A stretch of 64,000 nt of DNA from Lama glama (taxonomy: Eukaryota): NCBI GenBank assembly GCA_028534125.1, contig CM052816.1, forward strand, positions 98,644,001 through 98,708,000, in the 5' to 3' direction. Positions 24,981 through 37,935 of this stretch are shown here, in pieces. A program made the translations under genes and the position numbers. Within the stretch, counting starts at the first letter, position 1. Each line of letters opens with the position of its first letter. The notes under the pieces are model-generated. The model worked only from the letters and a program-made list of their open reading frames with translations. It did no database searches and had not been told where the DNA came from.

Positions 24981-27900
24981 TTCTGATTAATAGTGGAAAT
25001 CAGTGTAGACCACTAGATAAAGAATGATGAAAGTGACATTCTTCCTCTTTCCCATGTGATGGGCCACACCTGTTTTGTCCTGTTTGATGGAAACAAAGAA
25101 GCAGACGTCTACACTGCAGTAGTGAGCAGTGGCTTTGGAACCACATGCTTGGCTGTGAATACTCAAACAAATGACCTGTTTGAGCTGGTATTTCCTTGCA
25201 GAGGACTGGCTATAATTTAAATGTAAAATGACAAGGACAGGGCCAAGTCCACAGGATCTACTGTACAGACAGGACATGTTAACAGTTTCTTGACGGCATT
25301 ATCGATTTTGGAAAATAGATTAATTTATCTCAAGCCTACTCATACAAAGAGGGGGTTTGTTTGAGGGGTGTTGTGTCTTTTTTTTTTTAACATTTTAATT
25401 CTCAAACTTCAAAGAAAAACTTTGTGTTTTTCTGTCAGAGTGCACTAAGACCTGGGGGATGTCTAGATTCTGGCCTAGATTCTGCGTCTCCCCTGTGCCT
25501 GTGGAGTCCAGTTATTTAGAGGGTCCAACTACAAAAGTGTCAGTTCTCGCTCCACCCCTCATTGTCAGCTACTCAGGACCAGACACTCAGTAACTTCTCA
25601 GAATTAAAACTTTAGACTATAGCATAGTTATGAGGTTGATTAAACTGATGGCTTAATTTATTAGCATAGGATTCCACTGAAATGGCTAATAGATTTTATC
25701 TCAAAGTCAAGGCTTTTATCAGAACTCAATAGAAAGATATTTGTTCTTTGAATGTTCTTGTATTTTGCTTTATGAAAAACTATTCTTTCATTTGATGAAT
25801 TATACCATAAGAAGAATAAACTATGTTTCTCCTTTCTTTGAAAACCCTGAGAGAGATTTTATGGAGTAGCTGACAACTCTCGCAGTCTCCAGTTCAGTGA
25901 CATGACCTGATTGAGTTGTATTAGTTTCCAGAGCTGTGATGTAGTGCTAACAGAAGCCCACAAGATGTCTGTCTTTCCCTAGCTGTGTTTTAGACCCAAA
26001 GGGAATTTCCAGCCATATTTATGACACATCAGCCCTTTCTCAGCAGAGTAGAAAGGCCATCTTCTGGGGAATCCGGTGTGGAGGTGCTTTGTAGGAACCA
26101 CCTCGCCACCTGCCCATTCACGTCCACCATGCTTGGTGCTAAGCTGCCTTTGCCCCAGTGTTTCCTGCTGTCCTAGGTCATAGTGAGGTTTTGATTCTTC
26201 ACCAGGGATGGGGGAGGATGCTGTCAGGGAATTGGTATGCCAAAGCACGTCCCACCCACCCCATAGAAGAGAATAGGAGAGGGAGGAAGGTGTCTCCCCC
26301 TCGCCTTAGGTCAGTGACTAGCCGTAGTGAACCCCTCAGAGCTAGATTATGTGCCCAGGAGTGATCCAGGGACAGTGGAAGGCCAAAGGCCATCAGATCA
26401 GAGATGCGCGGGGCTGGGGGAAGTGGGATGGGCTGGGAGTGAGTGCACTTTAACCAGCCTTGGACAAGGTAGGGGTTTTCTGTCCACTAGAAACCTTGCG
26501 CCTCTCTGTGGGAGCGGTCCAGGGACCCAGGAGGAGAAAGAATGCCTTGCAGCTGTTCCAGAAGCCCAGGGTGAGGCTGAGAGGAAGCAGACAGCCAGAA
26601 GTAAAGTGGTGGTGGTGCCTGAGACAACTCCAAAGGCTGCGCGCCCCGGATGTCACCGAGGGTGAAAGAGCCCAGAGAGGAAGTTGCACAGAGACGGTGA
26701 TTAAAAAGTCAATCAGCCGAGTGGCTTCAGAGCGACCCTGCTCAGTGCTGCCCTCCACAGTTACAGATGCCTCGTCCGTTCACCACCACCCTGCCCACAC
26801 CCTCCTTCACCCATCTCTGTGGACACCAGCCGTTTGGATTGTGCCTGGCTCCCCACCCTGCACACATGCTGCTCCAGCCATTCACTCTGAATGGTTGCAC
26901 GTGACCTGCAAATGACACCCACCTGCCATCCCAGATACTGAATCCTACCAGCTCAAGGCCCGTTCCAGTCCGCCTCCTCTGGAAAATCTCCTTGGGGTTG
27001 TTTCTAACCAGACCTGCTCCGAGCCCTGCTCACCCCGAGGGGTGGGCCGCCCACACTTACACTCTGCAGGGTGCAGCCAGGGGGATGGGGGCCATCCAGA
27101 AAGAGCGTGTCTGAACCCCAGGAAGACCCGGTGAAGGAGGAAAGGGTGATGGGCAGCTGTGACAACAGTTGTGCAAGATGAGGACACCTTGCTGAGATAC
27201 TCATCCCCCACCTTTAAAGCATCTCTCCCCCACCTCCATGTTTTCCTTTCCAACCACCAGAAAATTTAAGAGGCAGCTGCCACATCCTCCTCCTCCTCTT
27301 CCTCCCCGTTCGCTCTCCGTGCAGCTTTCCCCAGCCCCCGGCTCTAAGTGCCGGCTGACACCATCCAGCCTGGGCCTCTGGCCTGAGTTCTAGGAGCACA
27401 TGTTCAAGCACTCACGTGCTCTCACCCGGCAGCGTGTAAGAGGCATCTGGACTGTCTCCCCCGGGTTAACTGCTGCACCTTCTCCCGCTTGCAGGCCCAA
27501 GGCCAAGGAGGACCCTTCCCTCTCTCACCCATGTCCACCTTGTGGGCAGCTGGTCAGCTGTGCAGTCAGAGCACATGCAGCTCCCAGGCTCTGTGTCACA
27601 CCCACCTCCCTCCCCGACCTCCCATCCGCACGCCCCCATGTCTGTCCATATAGTCAGCCCAAGGATGTTTTCACACATCAGTTGTATGAGATTCCTCCTT
27701 GGACCAAGAATGAGTAAAGTCGCAGTCTTCCTTGGAAAGCCTGCTGCCTGTGTGTCCTCACCATCCCCCTCAACATTTCCCCCCTCACCCCCACTCACCC
27801 TGCCCCAGCTCCAGGTCTCCAGGTTGCAACTTGGTGGCAGGCACCTCGACCCCAAGGTCTTTGCGAGGCTCTTCCTTCCCCCAACATCTGCTGGCTCCCC

Positions 27901-28239
27901 TCCTTCACCTCATACAGGACTCTGCTTCAGGGCCACCCGACCAGAGGGCCTGCCTGACACATCTATCCAGAGTAGCATTATTGTCAGTCTGTGCACCCTG
28001 TCCTCTGAGCTCTCACCACCACTGGTGTGATCTGTTTCTTTGTTGATGTCTTCCCTCCATTAGAATGGGCACTTCATGGAGGAGAGACCTGCTGTTTATT
28101 CATTCTGTGCCCCCAGAGCATGCCTCACACAGGGCAGTCATTCAACAAGTCTCAGGGCTGAAAGAATCAATGAGTGAGTTAATGCTTGAATATTTATCTG
28201 GATAAAAAATCCAAGTTAGTGAGACTGAAAACCAAGAGC

Positions 28240-29165
28240 TCTGGCAGTCATGCTCCTTGATGTTTACCCAAAGGAGCTGAAAACTTTTGTCTCAAGGTAT
28301 TGTTCAGTTTCTTCTTTGATTTCATTGTTGACCCATTGGTTTCCTTAGTAGCCTGTTGTTTTGTCTCCATGCAGTCATTTTTTTCTCATTTGTCCTTCTG
28401 TAGTTGATTTCTAGTTTCATGCCATTGTGGTCAGCAAAGATGTTTGAAATAGTTTCTGTCCTCTTAAATTTGATGAGGCTTCCTTTGTGTCTGAGTACGT
28501 GGTCCAAAGGAGCTGAAAACTTATGTCTACATGAAAACCTGCATGCAAATGTTTGTAACAGCTTTATTGGTAATGGCCAAAACTTGAAAGCAACTAAGAT
28601 GATCTTCAGTAGGTGAATGGTTAAATAAACTGGGGTACATCCCGTCAGTGGAATTCTATTTGACACTAAAAAGAAATGAGTTCCCAAGCCATGAAAAGAC
28701 ATGGAGGAACCTTAATTAAACATTTCTGAGTGAAAGGAGGCAATGTAAAAAGGCTATATCCTGTGTGACTGCAACTCTGTGACATTCTGGAAAACACAGG
28801 ACTATGGAGACATTAAAGAGAGTGGTTGCCAGGGATGGCGGTGGGGAGATGGACAGGTGGAGCACAGAGGATTTTTAGAGCAGTGAAAATATTCTGCGTG
28901 GTGTTACAATGATGGGTACGTGTCTCATGTTTTTCCAAATCCATAGAATATACACCACCAAGAGTGAACCGTAATGTAAACTGTGGACTTTGGGTGATCA
29001 TGATGTGTCAATGTAGCTTCATCAGTTGTAACCAATGTCCCACGGTGGGCTGTTGATGATGGGTGGGGGGCTGTGCAGGTGTGAGGACAAGGGGAAATCT
29101 GTGCTTTCCACTCCATTTTGCTGAGAATCTAAAACTATTCTAAAAATTAAAGTCTATTAAAAAAA
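28240..29165 (+). mobile_element. L1MC-like 3' end carrying a nested insertion
   Basis: aaggagctgaaaacttatgtctacatgaaaacctgca...aagagtgaaccgtaatgtaaactgtggactttgggtga...taaaaattaaagtctattaaaaaa. Confidence 0.85.
28293..28503 (-). mobile_element. Internal L1 ORF2 fragment (end of endonuclease domain) inserted in inverted orientation
   Basis: Minus-strand peptide DHVLRHKGSLIKFKRTETISNIFADHNGMKLEINYRR resembles the L1 endonuclease 'SDH' region; flanked by direct repeat CCAAAGGAGCTGAAAACTT. Confidence 0.85.
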
Positions 29166-31684
29166 TTGCAGGCAGTAGGATAACAATAGAAAGTCTCCAA
29201 GTTAGGAGTAAACTTCACATGTTAAAGCAGCAGCAATCAGCCCAGGGTATCTGGAGTGTAGTGAGCGAGCGGGGGTGGTATTCGCTGGGCTGAAGAGGTG
29301 GGCACGGGTCAGATCATACAGGTCTTATAAGCCAGGCTAGAAATGTTTGGGTTTTAAGCCACTAACACTTTTAAGAAATGGGGTGGGCTGATTCACATGA
29401 AAAACTTTTCATTCTGGCTGTCACATGGAAATACACTAGGAGACTGGCTGTCACTTCCTGAATTGGGAAAGAAGCGTCAACTTTGGACAGGAAATCAAGG
29501 ATGTGTGGCTTCAAAGACATACGTAACTTAAAAGAAGTGTTTATGAATTTCACAAGGAAAGATCACGCAATAAAATTATCTGGGCCCCAGAATGCCAAAA
29601 AGGTTTTGAAAAGTAAGGTTTTGAGCTTCTTACTGGCCTTAAGAAGTCATGATTCTCAAAACTTCCTTATTTCTGAAATTGGAGGTTCAGATCGTGAATT
29701 GGGATGGTTTTATTCTAACATCATGAGAATATAGAATATTCTGTAATATATCCACGCAGCAAATGATTTCCAAGGAAATTAAAAAAAAAATCTTTCGTTT
29801 AGAATAAGTGTCTAGCAATTGTTTGAATTTTAGATAAAATGATACCAAACGTCTTTGGCCAGAAATTTTCTTTTGGCCTCATCCTCAATCCCTGACATGA
29901 AGAAAAAATGGTAATAAACTTGAACAATATGTTCCAGGTATGTGGTGGAAGTCCAGGCCTTGAAGACAATCATTTAACTTATACTAGAGTGAAAAAAATA
30001 TGTATCTTAGCTTAATGTTGTTTGTTAAAAAATAAGAAAGTATGAACCCTAAATGCCTCTTGAAGGTGTCCTGTTGTATTGGTGGTTATATTTTGAATTT
30101 CTATTAAAAAGAGGAGTTTTTCTATCCAGTAAGGAATTTTATGGTTGTTGAAGAAAAAAAATTAAATAACTCTTTAAGCATAGGTTGGAATCTCTTTGAA
30201 TATTCAGAAGTAAGGTCTGAGAAGGGCTGTTGTGAAGACAGGACACGCCCCATCGATCTTTGGAAATGGGAATTGCAGCTGTTAAGTCCATCCTTGTTCG
30301 AACTAGGAAACCTGAAGTTTATGTGGAAGGAAAGGGAAAGGGGGAATGATAAGAATGCTTCCTTTTCCTTTACAGAAATATAAACAATCATGCAAACTTT
30401 CAAGTAGGCAGAATTATTCAAGGCTCTGCTAGAGCTGGTGAGCTACAGCACTTCAAATTGATTCCATTGTAGGAAACAGGAAATGTACCCTCATTTGACT
30501 TTCAAAGGAATAGAGTGGCTCACGTTAACTGGTCTGATCCAAGGGTGGGCAGATCTGACCTTGCCACTGTTCCAGCCATCAGACAGGCCCTCTCTGCACA
30601 GCCACATGGCAGGATGTCTCCTCCAGGTCCTCACCCACCAGGAGAGAGGGTGTCTGCTCCTGCTCCTAGCAAACAGAGACCTGGCTCTCTTGGGTCAGGT
30701 GCTCACACCCAAACCGGGCTCTGTGGCTGGGAGAAGCTTAGGTCTGGGTCCCGTGCCCTGCTGGCAGCCCCCACCCCATGGCATATGGGTGGAGCCAGAC
30801 GCCGAAATGGAACCAGGAGCTTCTGCTTCAGGTAGGAGACTGGAAGCTGGGCGTGCATCCCTCTGGCACAAGTGGCAACTCCAGGGGGCTCTGTCAGCGA
30901 CTACCCTGCCCGCTGTGGTTTCCAATTTTTGGAAAGTACAGAGGTGCAGCACTGAGGGGGTGGGGCGAGGGTAGGTCCCTCTATTCCTAAGGTGACCAGT
31001 TGTAGCAGAGAATTCAGTTAAAGGGAAGCAGATTTGGGAGGATGATTATGAAAGCAGTTTTTTTTCCCATTGTTCATTCATTGGACACATTTCGTGGGTC
31101 ACCATCCTCCTCCGCAGCAGGCCCTGTGCACTGTGCTGGGATGAGGGGTTCAAGCTCACCACACCTCGTCCCCAAGAGCTCGCTTCTGAGTCAAGTAACC
31201 AGAGTTAAGAGCTAAGAGTGTTTATCACTGAAACCATACAAGAAAAAGAAGGAAGCCTTGAAAAAAGCCTAATGGTCAGATATCATTAGGAAACTGAGTT
31301 ATACCTGGATAATTATTTAAAGTGCCTTTTATGAATATCACATAAAAACCAAGGGCTTGGCCCTATACAAGCAGTTGTTTTAAAAGAATGAGCAAAACTT
31401 CTTGCTTAGCACTGGTTTAGTTAACTGCCCAACAGTGATTAGTTATTCAGATTAAGTAGCTATAAATCAGGACACCAAAACTTTAAATAATGACAGTTAA
31501 ATCAAATGGTAGACAGAATAATAGAGAAGAAAATAACAAACTTCTCCAGTAAAAGTACTGAATTTTCAAATCTTTATATGTGAAAGAAAAATGATACATG
31601 TGGTAAACAAACTCAAATCACATCCAAGGGAACAAATTGCATAAAATTAAAGTAGATACTATGCTGTTGTTTAAACATGACTTA

Positions 31685-32250
31685 ATGTGGTAGAAAGAGG
31701 TGACGGTCAGTGACCCCCTTTCACCGTCTCTCTGGTGTGTCTTCTGCAGAGCAGAGGGTCTAGAAAGCTAACACGGCTGTGCCGTGTGTCTGTGCAGCTG
31801 GGCTGATGAATGTGAACTGGCCTCTGTCCGTGAGATGCACTCACAAAGGTTTTGGAAGAAAGAAGCAAGGGAGAGGTCATGCTTCCGCTGCTGTGACTAT
31901 GTAAGGCTTGTTTTTATTTTCCTCCAGCAGTGTTCCAGTGTGCCATCACCAGTTTTCTAGGTGTTAAGAGCCCTGCGCAGCAGTGATGGCCGCAGCGTCT
32001 CTGCACAGCTAGGAAAGAAGGTCCCTGAAGATACCAGGCTGACCATGCGTCTCCCCAGCTTGGCCCAGGTAGCCACTCCTGATCTGTTTTGGCCTGCAGT
32101 GCACTGGGCCGTCCCTGGAGGCCCTGCCTGGAGCCGCTTTTCCAGCTCAGTGTCCAACAATTCTATGGACACTTTGTTTTAAATCCCTTTATATTTAAAA
32201 TGGTTGGAGTGGTTTTTATTTCTTGCAGTTTAATGCTTACTCTTACGGAG
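31685..32250 (+). mobile_element. ERVL-class LTR (LTR16/LTR33-like)
   Basis: Begins TGTGGTAG; 3' part taaatcccttttatatttaaaatggttggagtggtttttatttcttgca; adjoins gag-like internal sequence. Confidence 0.55.
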
Positions 32251-33045
32251 TTTGACAACAGAAGTAGTTGTGGGCAACAGACCCGCAAGGTTTGAGACCT
32301 TGACATGACCTGTCTGTCTTGATTGAATGTGAGGGCAGTAAGAATTAAATCACCCTTAGATAACGAGACACCGGGCGCCCATGGCACACAGTAGGGAAAA
32401 AGCTATTTAAATGGTCACCGGAAGTCTCCAGAAATAAAGAGCCTGTTGAAGGCAAGACATTTGTGGACCGACCAGCTGCTGCAACGTCATGGCAAGAATG
32501 GGAAACGCAAGGAGGGTGGGTGGGCTGGCTGCTTATGGCCAAACTAAAGATTTCGAAGAAAGAAAACGCCAAGCTCGAGGGCTTACACTGTCAGCTTAAG
32601 GCACGGTCAGACAGGGAGCTCCGAAATCCCACACGCATTGCTTCTCTCTAGTAGCTGCAGGCTGCCGTGGCCAGAATTACCGCAGGGCTCCAACCACACA
32701 GGCCGCTGAGCTGCCACGCAAGCTGAAGTCAAAGCTTCGCCAGGTCTCCTTTACGAAATATGAAAGGCAGGGATCGTGCGGCTGAGAGTGGGAAGCAGAG
32801 ACTTGTGGTGGGGAGAGTCCCTCGCTAACTGAACTTGCTCCTTCTCTGTCTGAGGAGATCACTCTCATCCACGTCTGACACAGTTTCCTGAAAAGGAATC
32901 CTGGTTCCTCCCACGCCCATTCCTACCTCCCCGTTCCTACCCCTAGACCTGTGATTAGAATCAGACCCCTCCTGCCTTAGAGTCAAAGGCTGGAATCTGA
33001 CTCAGGCAGAGAAGATGTACTCATCAAAATAGTGGCGATTTGTTC
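32250..33045 (+). mobile_element. Degraded ERVL internal (gag-like) sequence
   Basis: Peptide remnants GWLLMAKLKISKKENAKLEGLHCQLKA and AAELPRKLKSKLRQVSF resemble ERVL/MaLR gag. Confidence 0.65.
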
Positions 33046-33049
33046 ACAC

Positions 33050-33490
33050 AGCCAGCCCCTTTATCCATGGGCTCCATATCCATGAATTCAACCCATCATG
33101 AATCGAGAATATTTGAAAAAAAATTCCAGAAAGTTCCAAAAAGCAAAACTTTAATTTGCCACTCACTGGCCACTGTTTATATAGAATTTACATTGTATTT
33201 ATAACTATTTACATAGGATTGACATTGTACTTACAACCATTTACATAGCATTTACATTGTATTAGTTGGTATAGCTAGAGATGATTTAAAGTATACAATG
33301 TTGTGAACTGATTATGTCTCAATAAAAAAATATTAAAAAATAAATTTAAAAAAAAAGTGTGCCGGAAGATGTCTGTAGGTTATATGCAAGCACTACACCA
33401 CTTTACATCAGGGACATGAGCAGCCACAGATTTCGGTAACCTGGGGTGGTCCTGGAACCAGCCCCCCCTGGATACCGGGGAAGGACTATA
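33050..33490. mobile_element. MER2-like TcMar-Tigger DNA transposon fossil
   Basis: atccatgaattcaacc...ctagagatgatttaaagtatac...taggttatatgcaagcactacacc...gtcctggaaccagccccccctggatacc; termini are roughly inverted. Confidence 0.85.
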
Positions 33491-33949
33491 TTTCATTAGA
33501 AGCACACTGTTATTTGTTTGTAAAGCACCCTGTTTCCCATCTGTAAATAGCAACATGAAGAGGACAGTGGGGTTTTCTTTATGAGCTGTGTTTACGTGAT
33601 AGATCTGAAGTATGAGAGAGAAAAGTAAAATGAATCCGATAAATGTTAAACTTGATGAATATGATCTATTGTCTTTGAACCAAGTGGTACTAATTTGGCT
33701 GGGAAAAAAAAGGCAAAAACAAACAAACAAACAAAACAAAAAATAACTTTGCTGCTGTCAGAGAATATGCTTTCAATTCCCTTATCCCAAAGTCTCTCCT
33801 ATTCTTTTTGAGGGAAATTCCTCTTTTTCACGCTAAGTTTGATGAAACTCCCATTTGTTACAGAGTAGAATGCATGATTTCTTCATCCAAACATCTCCCC
33901 AGAAGAGTGAAGATTCGGGTTAGAAAGCAGCACGTTTGCCCCACTGCTG

Positions 33950-34330
33950 TTCATGGACCGAGCATGAACTGAGCGTCTGCTCCAGGCTGGGCACTGCTCT
34001 GGGGTGCAGAGATGGCGCAGGTGCGCTTCCTGGCCAGGTGGGCACCTCCCCGACTGATGCTCTGCCCTGGAGGAGCAGGGAGGTATGGCAGGGACACAGG
34101 CAGGATTGTTGCTGGCTCTTCAGGGACCTTCGCAAAGGACGTGAGCTTGGAGTTCTGAGCTGGACACTAAGGAAGGATTTTGCCATGAACAGAGTCAGTG
34201 GGGCCAGGGCATTCCCAGGGGAGGACACAGCTTTGGCAAAGTCACTGGGCATGGAAGTTCTGGCTTACGAGGAGAGAGGAGTGACAGTGTGTGGCTGGAG
34301 GGAGGGCTGTGCAGGGAGAAGTGAGGAAAG
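33950..34330. mobile_element. L2 fragment
   Basis: actgagcgtctgctccaggctgggcactgctctgggg...ggcattcccaggggaggacacagc. Confidence 0.45.
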
Positions 34331-34934
34331 ACTGAATAAGAGGTGGGTTGCGGGGTCTTCAAGTTCCAAAAGAGAAGTCTGGGCCTCAAGGACACCATAC
34401 TCTGTGGAAAGTCATGGAAGGGAAGGGTTTTGTTTAATAAGCTGGGCTTCCGAAGAAGACAGCTTTCTCAGGTGGATTTCTGCTCTTTTCCAAAGGATAG
34501 ACACTGAAACGCACACGGTACTATGAGGGGTGATGTCAAGTTGTGTAGGAACATGTACACACACTCTGCATACTTACTGTGCAAACCCCGCAGAGGACAG
34601 CTGCCACCACAGTGGCAGCTTCCTAGAAACGCCAGGGGGCAGTGTGGGACCATGCAGAGCCTCTCCGCCTTAGGACACAGCCACGCCCTGTGAAGCCTCG
34701 GCGGGGCCCTGGACCTTTTAGGGGGTCTTTCTTCACACATCTGTAAGATGGGGCAGCAAGACTTCCCTTTGTCGAATGAGTTGCATATGTAACACCTGAC
34801 CAACAAGCAGGTGCTTAGCAAGTGGCAGATCTTAAACTAACAGACACAACACGTTCTTAAATTCAGCACTTGTTAATTTCTCTCTGCTCCTTTGCCACAG
34901 GTGAGCTGCCAGCGGGAGCTGGTTATATGGTTAC

Positions 34935-35365
34935 TCCTTGTTTTTGCAACAACATGGATGGACCTAGAGAGGATCATACTGAGTGAAGTAAGTCAGAAGA
35001 GAAAGACGAATATCATATGATGTCACATATATGCAGAATCTAGAAAAAATGATACCAATTCTATGTACAAACCAAAACCAGACTCACAGAGCTAGAAAAC
35101 AAACTGTGGTTACCAAAAGGGAAAGGAGGGAGGGATAAATTAGGGGTTGGGGATTAACAGACACACATCACTATATATAAAGCAGATAAACAACAAGGCC
35201 CTACTGTAGAGCACAGGGAGCTGCATTCAGTTTCTTTTAATGACATATAATGGAAAATAATCTGAGAAGAAATTACGTATATGTGTGTGTATGTAGAGCT
35301 GGTTCACTTTGCTGTATGTCTGAAGCTAACATTGTAAATCAACTACCCTTCAATCAAAATAAATA
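34935..35365 (+). mobile_element. L1 3' end (artiodactyl-type 3'UTR)
   Basis: gcaacaacatggatggacctagagaggatcatactgagtgaagtaagtcaga...aacattgtaaatcaactac. Confidence 0.88.
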
Positions 35366-36469
35366 CGACAAAAGGCTCACACTTTGCCGGCATCTGGAAT
35401 TCACCCTGCTGCTGGGCACTGGCCCGCCCACTCCTCGGAGCAGGAAGGCAGCTCACACGCTGGGTTAGTGCGGCTCGTCACTTGCAACACATGCAGCTGT
35501 CACTTAAGGAATCCTTCCCCCTTCTCATCTCCATTTCCACATTTTCTGTCATTTGAACACACCCTTGGATGTCATTCGGGGTGTGGGTTTTGGAAGTCAT
35601 GCAGAGAAAATGTTCTGCTCTGACAGCTGCCTCCTTGCAAATTACCCAGGTTACAAGTCCCGCCTTCACCACTGGTTTGACTCTAAATTTCTAGGAATGC
35701 CTTCTGGGTTTTCTGTCAAGTGAGGGCTTCCTAGAGGCATGTTCTGCTTGAATCTGATTCATTTAGGAATTTTTGGCAGCTGACTGTTTTAGGGCTCAAG
35801 TGTCCATAACCACATAACTGTCTACGTTAACATCAGTTGACCATTTCACTGTCTAAATCAACCTGATGTCACCTCTCCAGATAACTGTTGCCCAGGAAGA
35901 TAAAACTTGCAAATAACTTTACTGCTAATTTCAGGAACTTCCTCAATATTAATTTAAACCGACATTAGGCTACTCAGTTTGCAATAGATAGCGTTGGATG
36001 ACTGTACACCATCAAGACTTCCAGGTGTCCAGCAGAGTGATTCAGTCATACACATGCACCCCTCTCCCAAACTACTGTATCCGGAGCTTAATCCCTGTCC
36101 CACGCTGCTCCTCGTTAAAAGACCAGCCTTAAGCCAGATACCAGAAACCCCACAAATGTCCCAGATTTGCCCCACCCTCTCCAAGACAAACCTAAGACTA
36201 GCGAGGTAGTGCTCCCCTGTACGCTGGTGAACAAAAACCTCCACTTTGCTCTGTCAGCAGCCCACATGGGTGGGATTCTCAGGGAGCCAGCATTCAGCAG
36301 CACAGATGCCTCCATGACCAGATCCTTTCAGTCGCCTCACTGCTCTGTGCTCTGGTTGAATATGTGTGTCTCTGAGGACCATCAAGCTACCGTTGACTGT
36401 GTCCAGACTCCACAACTTACCGGCACCGTCATCCTGCCCGAGCACGTGGGCTGTCAGTGTCATCTCGGC

Positions 36470-36930
36470 ATGGTGGGCTGAGTAACAGCATCCACCTCCC
36501 TTTCCTGTTACTCTGTGTGGCAAAAGGGACTTTGCAGATGTGATTAGGTTAAAGAGCTTGGGGTGGGAAGGTTTTCTTTGATCATCCAGGAGGGCCCTGA
36601 ATGTGATTGCAGGTGTCCTTATAAGAGTGAGTTTTGCTAGAGAGGAGAAGTCCATGTGAAGATGGAGGCAGAGCTTGGGGTGATGCACTTAGACGGAGAA
36701 AGGGGCCACGAGACAAGGAATGCAGGTGGATGTGGGAAGCAGAAAATGCAAGAGGACAGATTCTCCTCTTGGAGCCTCCAGAAGGAACCAGTCCTGCCCT
36801 GACCTTGATTTTAGCCCAAATAAAACTGACTGTGGACTCCTGACCTCCAGAACTGTAAGGGAGTAAATGTATGTTGCTTCAAGCCACCAAGTTTGAGATA
36901 ATTTGTCACAGCAGCAACAGGAAACCAACC
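36470..36930 (+). mobile_element. MaLR solo LTR (MLT1C/D-like)
   Basis: ggcaaaagggactttgcagatgtgatta...ggagcctccagaaggaacc...gacctccagaactgtaag...aagccaccaagtttg...acagcagcaacaggaaac. Confidence 0.85.
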
Positions 36931-37555
36931 AGGTCAGTTTTCTCACCTTTAAAGTACATATAGAAACAAACTCTATCCCCTAGGATTCTTACAAAGGTTT
37001 TCTGTGAAGCATGTAGATCAGTGTCAGACATGTAACAAGTGGTCAATAAATACTGATAATTATTTATTAAATCTATTATTGCTCTTCCTAATTCTGGGTA
37101 TGATCTTTACCTATACAGCTGCCTATCTATTCCCGCTCTGTCTGGGGCTCAGAGGCCAGCATCGTGCCCATTATTTGTTGGCCATCAGGTCAATGTGTGA
37201 TACACAGCTCTCTCTACTGTGGACGTGCAGGGTATTCAGCCCTGGAAACGCTTTGTTGGTGAAAGGAAGCCATTGGACAGATGATTCCTAACAGTAAAAA
37301 GCCCCAGATATTTTTTATTTGGCTTTGAAATTAATGACATCATGTTCATGACAGTAGAATGATCTCCTTCACTATGTATTAGTCTTACATAATTCATTTT
37401 CCCAGGATATGTAACCCAAAGATGGAAGACATGACCTGGGTTTCTACCGAATGGAAGGGGCCAGAAGATGTGAGGACAGGATGCAGCCAGATCCGGGCAC
37501 GTAGCTGCTGATGGTGGAGAAATGGCAGCACTCACCTGTCCTGCCTGCAGCCCCT

Positions 37556-37935
37556 CTATTAGTCAGGGTTCTCCAAAACACAGAACCAACAGCATAGAGA
37601 GAGATTTTAAGGAATTAACGTACATTACGATAGGGGCTGGTAAGCTTGAAATTTCCAGAGTGGACAGGCAGGCTGGGAATCAGGGAAGAGTTGATGTTGT
37701 GTCTTGAGTTCAAATTCCACAGAGCAGCAGGCTGGAAACTCAGGAAGGGTTTCTCTCTCACTATCTTGATGCAAAATCCCTTCTTGTACAAAAACGGTCT
37801 TTGCTCTTCAGTCCTCCAACCAATTGTAAATATGAATCCATCAAAAAAGTCTTCAGAGCAACATCTAGACTAGTGCTTGACCAAACCGCTGGGCACCATA
37901 GTCTGGCCAGGTTGATACATAAAGTTGACCATCAA
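37556..37935. mobile_element. MLT2-like ERVL solo LTR
   Basis: tattagtcagggttctcca...aaggaatt...aacatctagactagtgcttgaccaaac...caggttgatacataaagttgaccatca. Confidence 0.8.

Noticed and set aside
25915..26765. Possible old LTR (starts TGTATTAG, ends TTACA)
   Set aside because: I could not match it to a family by eye, so it is left unannotated.
33187..33263. ~32-bp unit repeated about 2.5 times (atttacattgtatttataactatttacatag)
   Set aside because: Internal repetition of the MER2-like element; no spacers, so not CRISPR-like.
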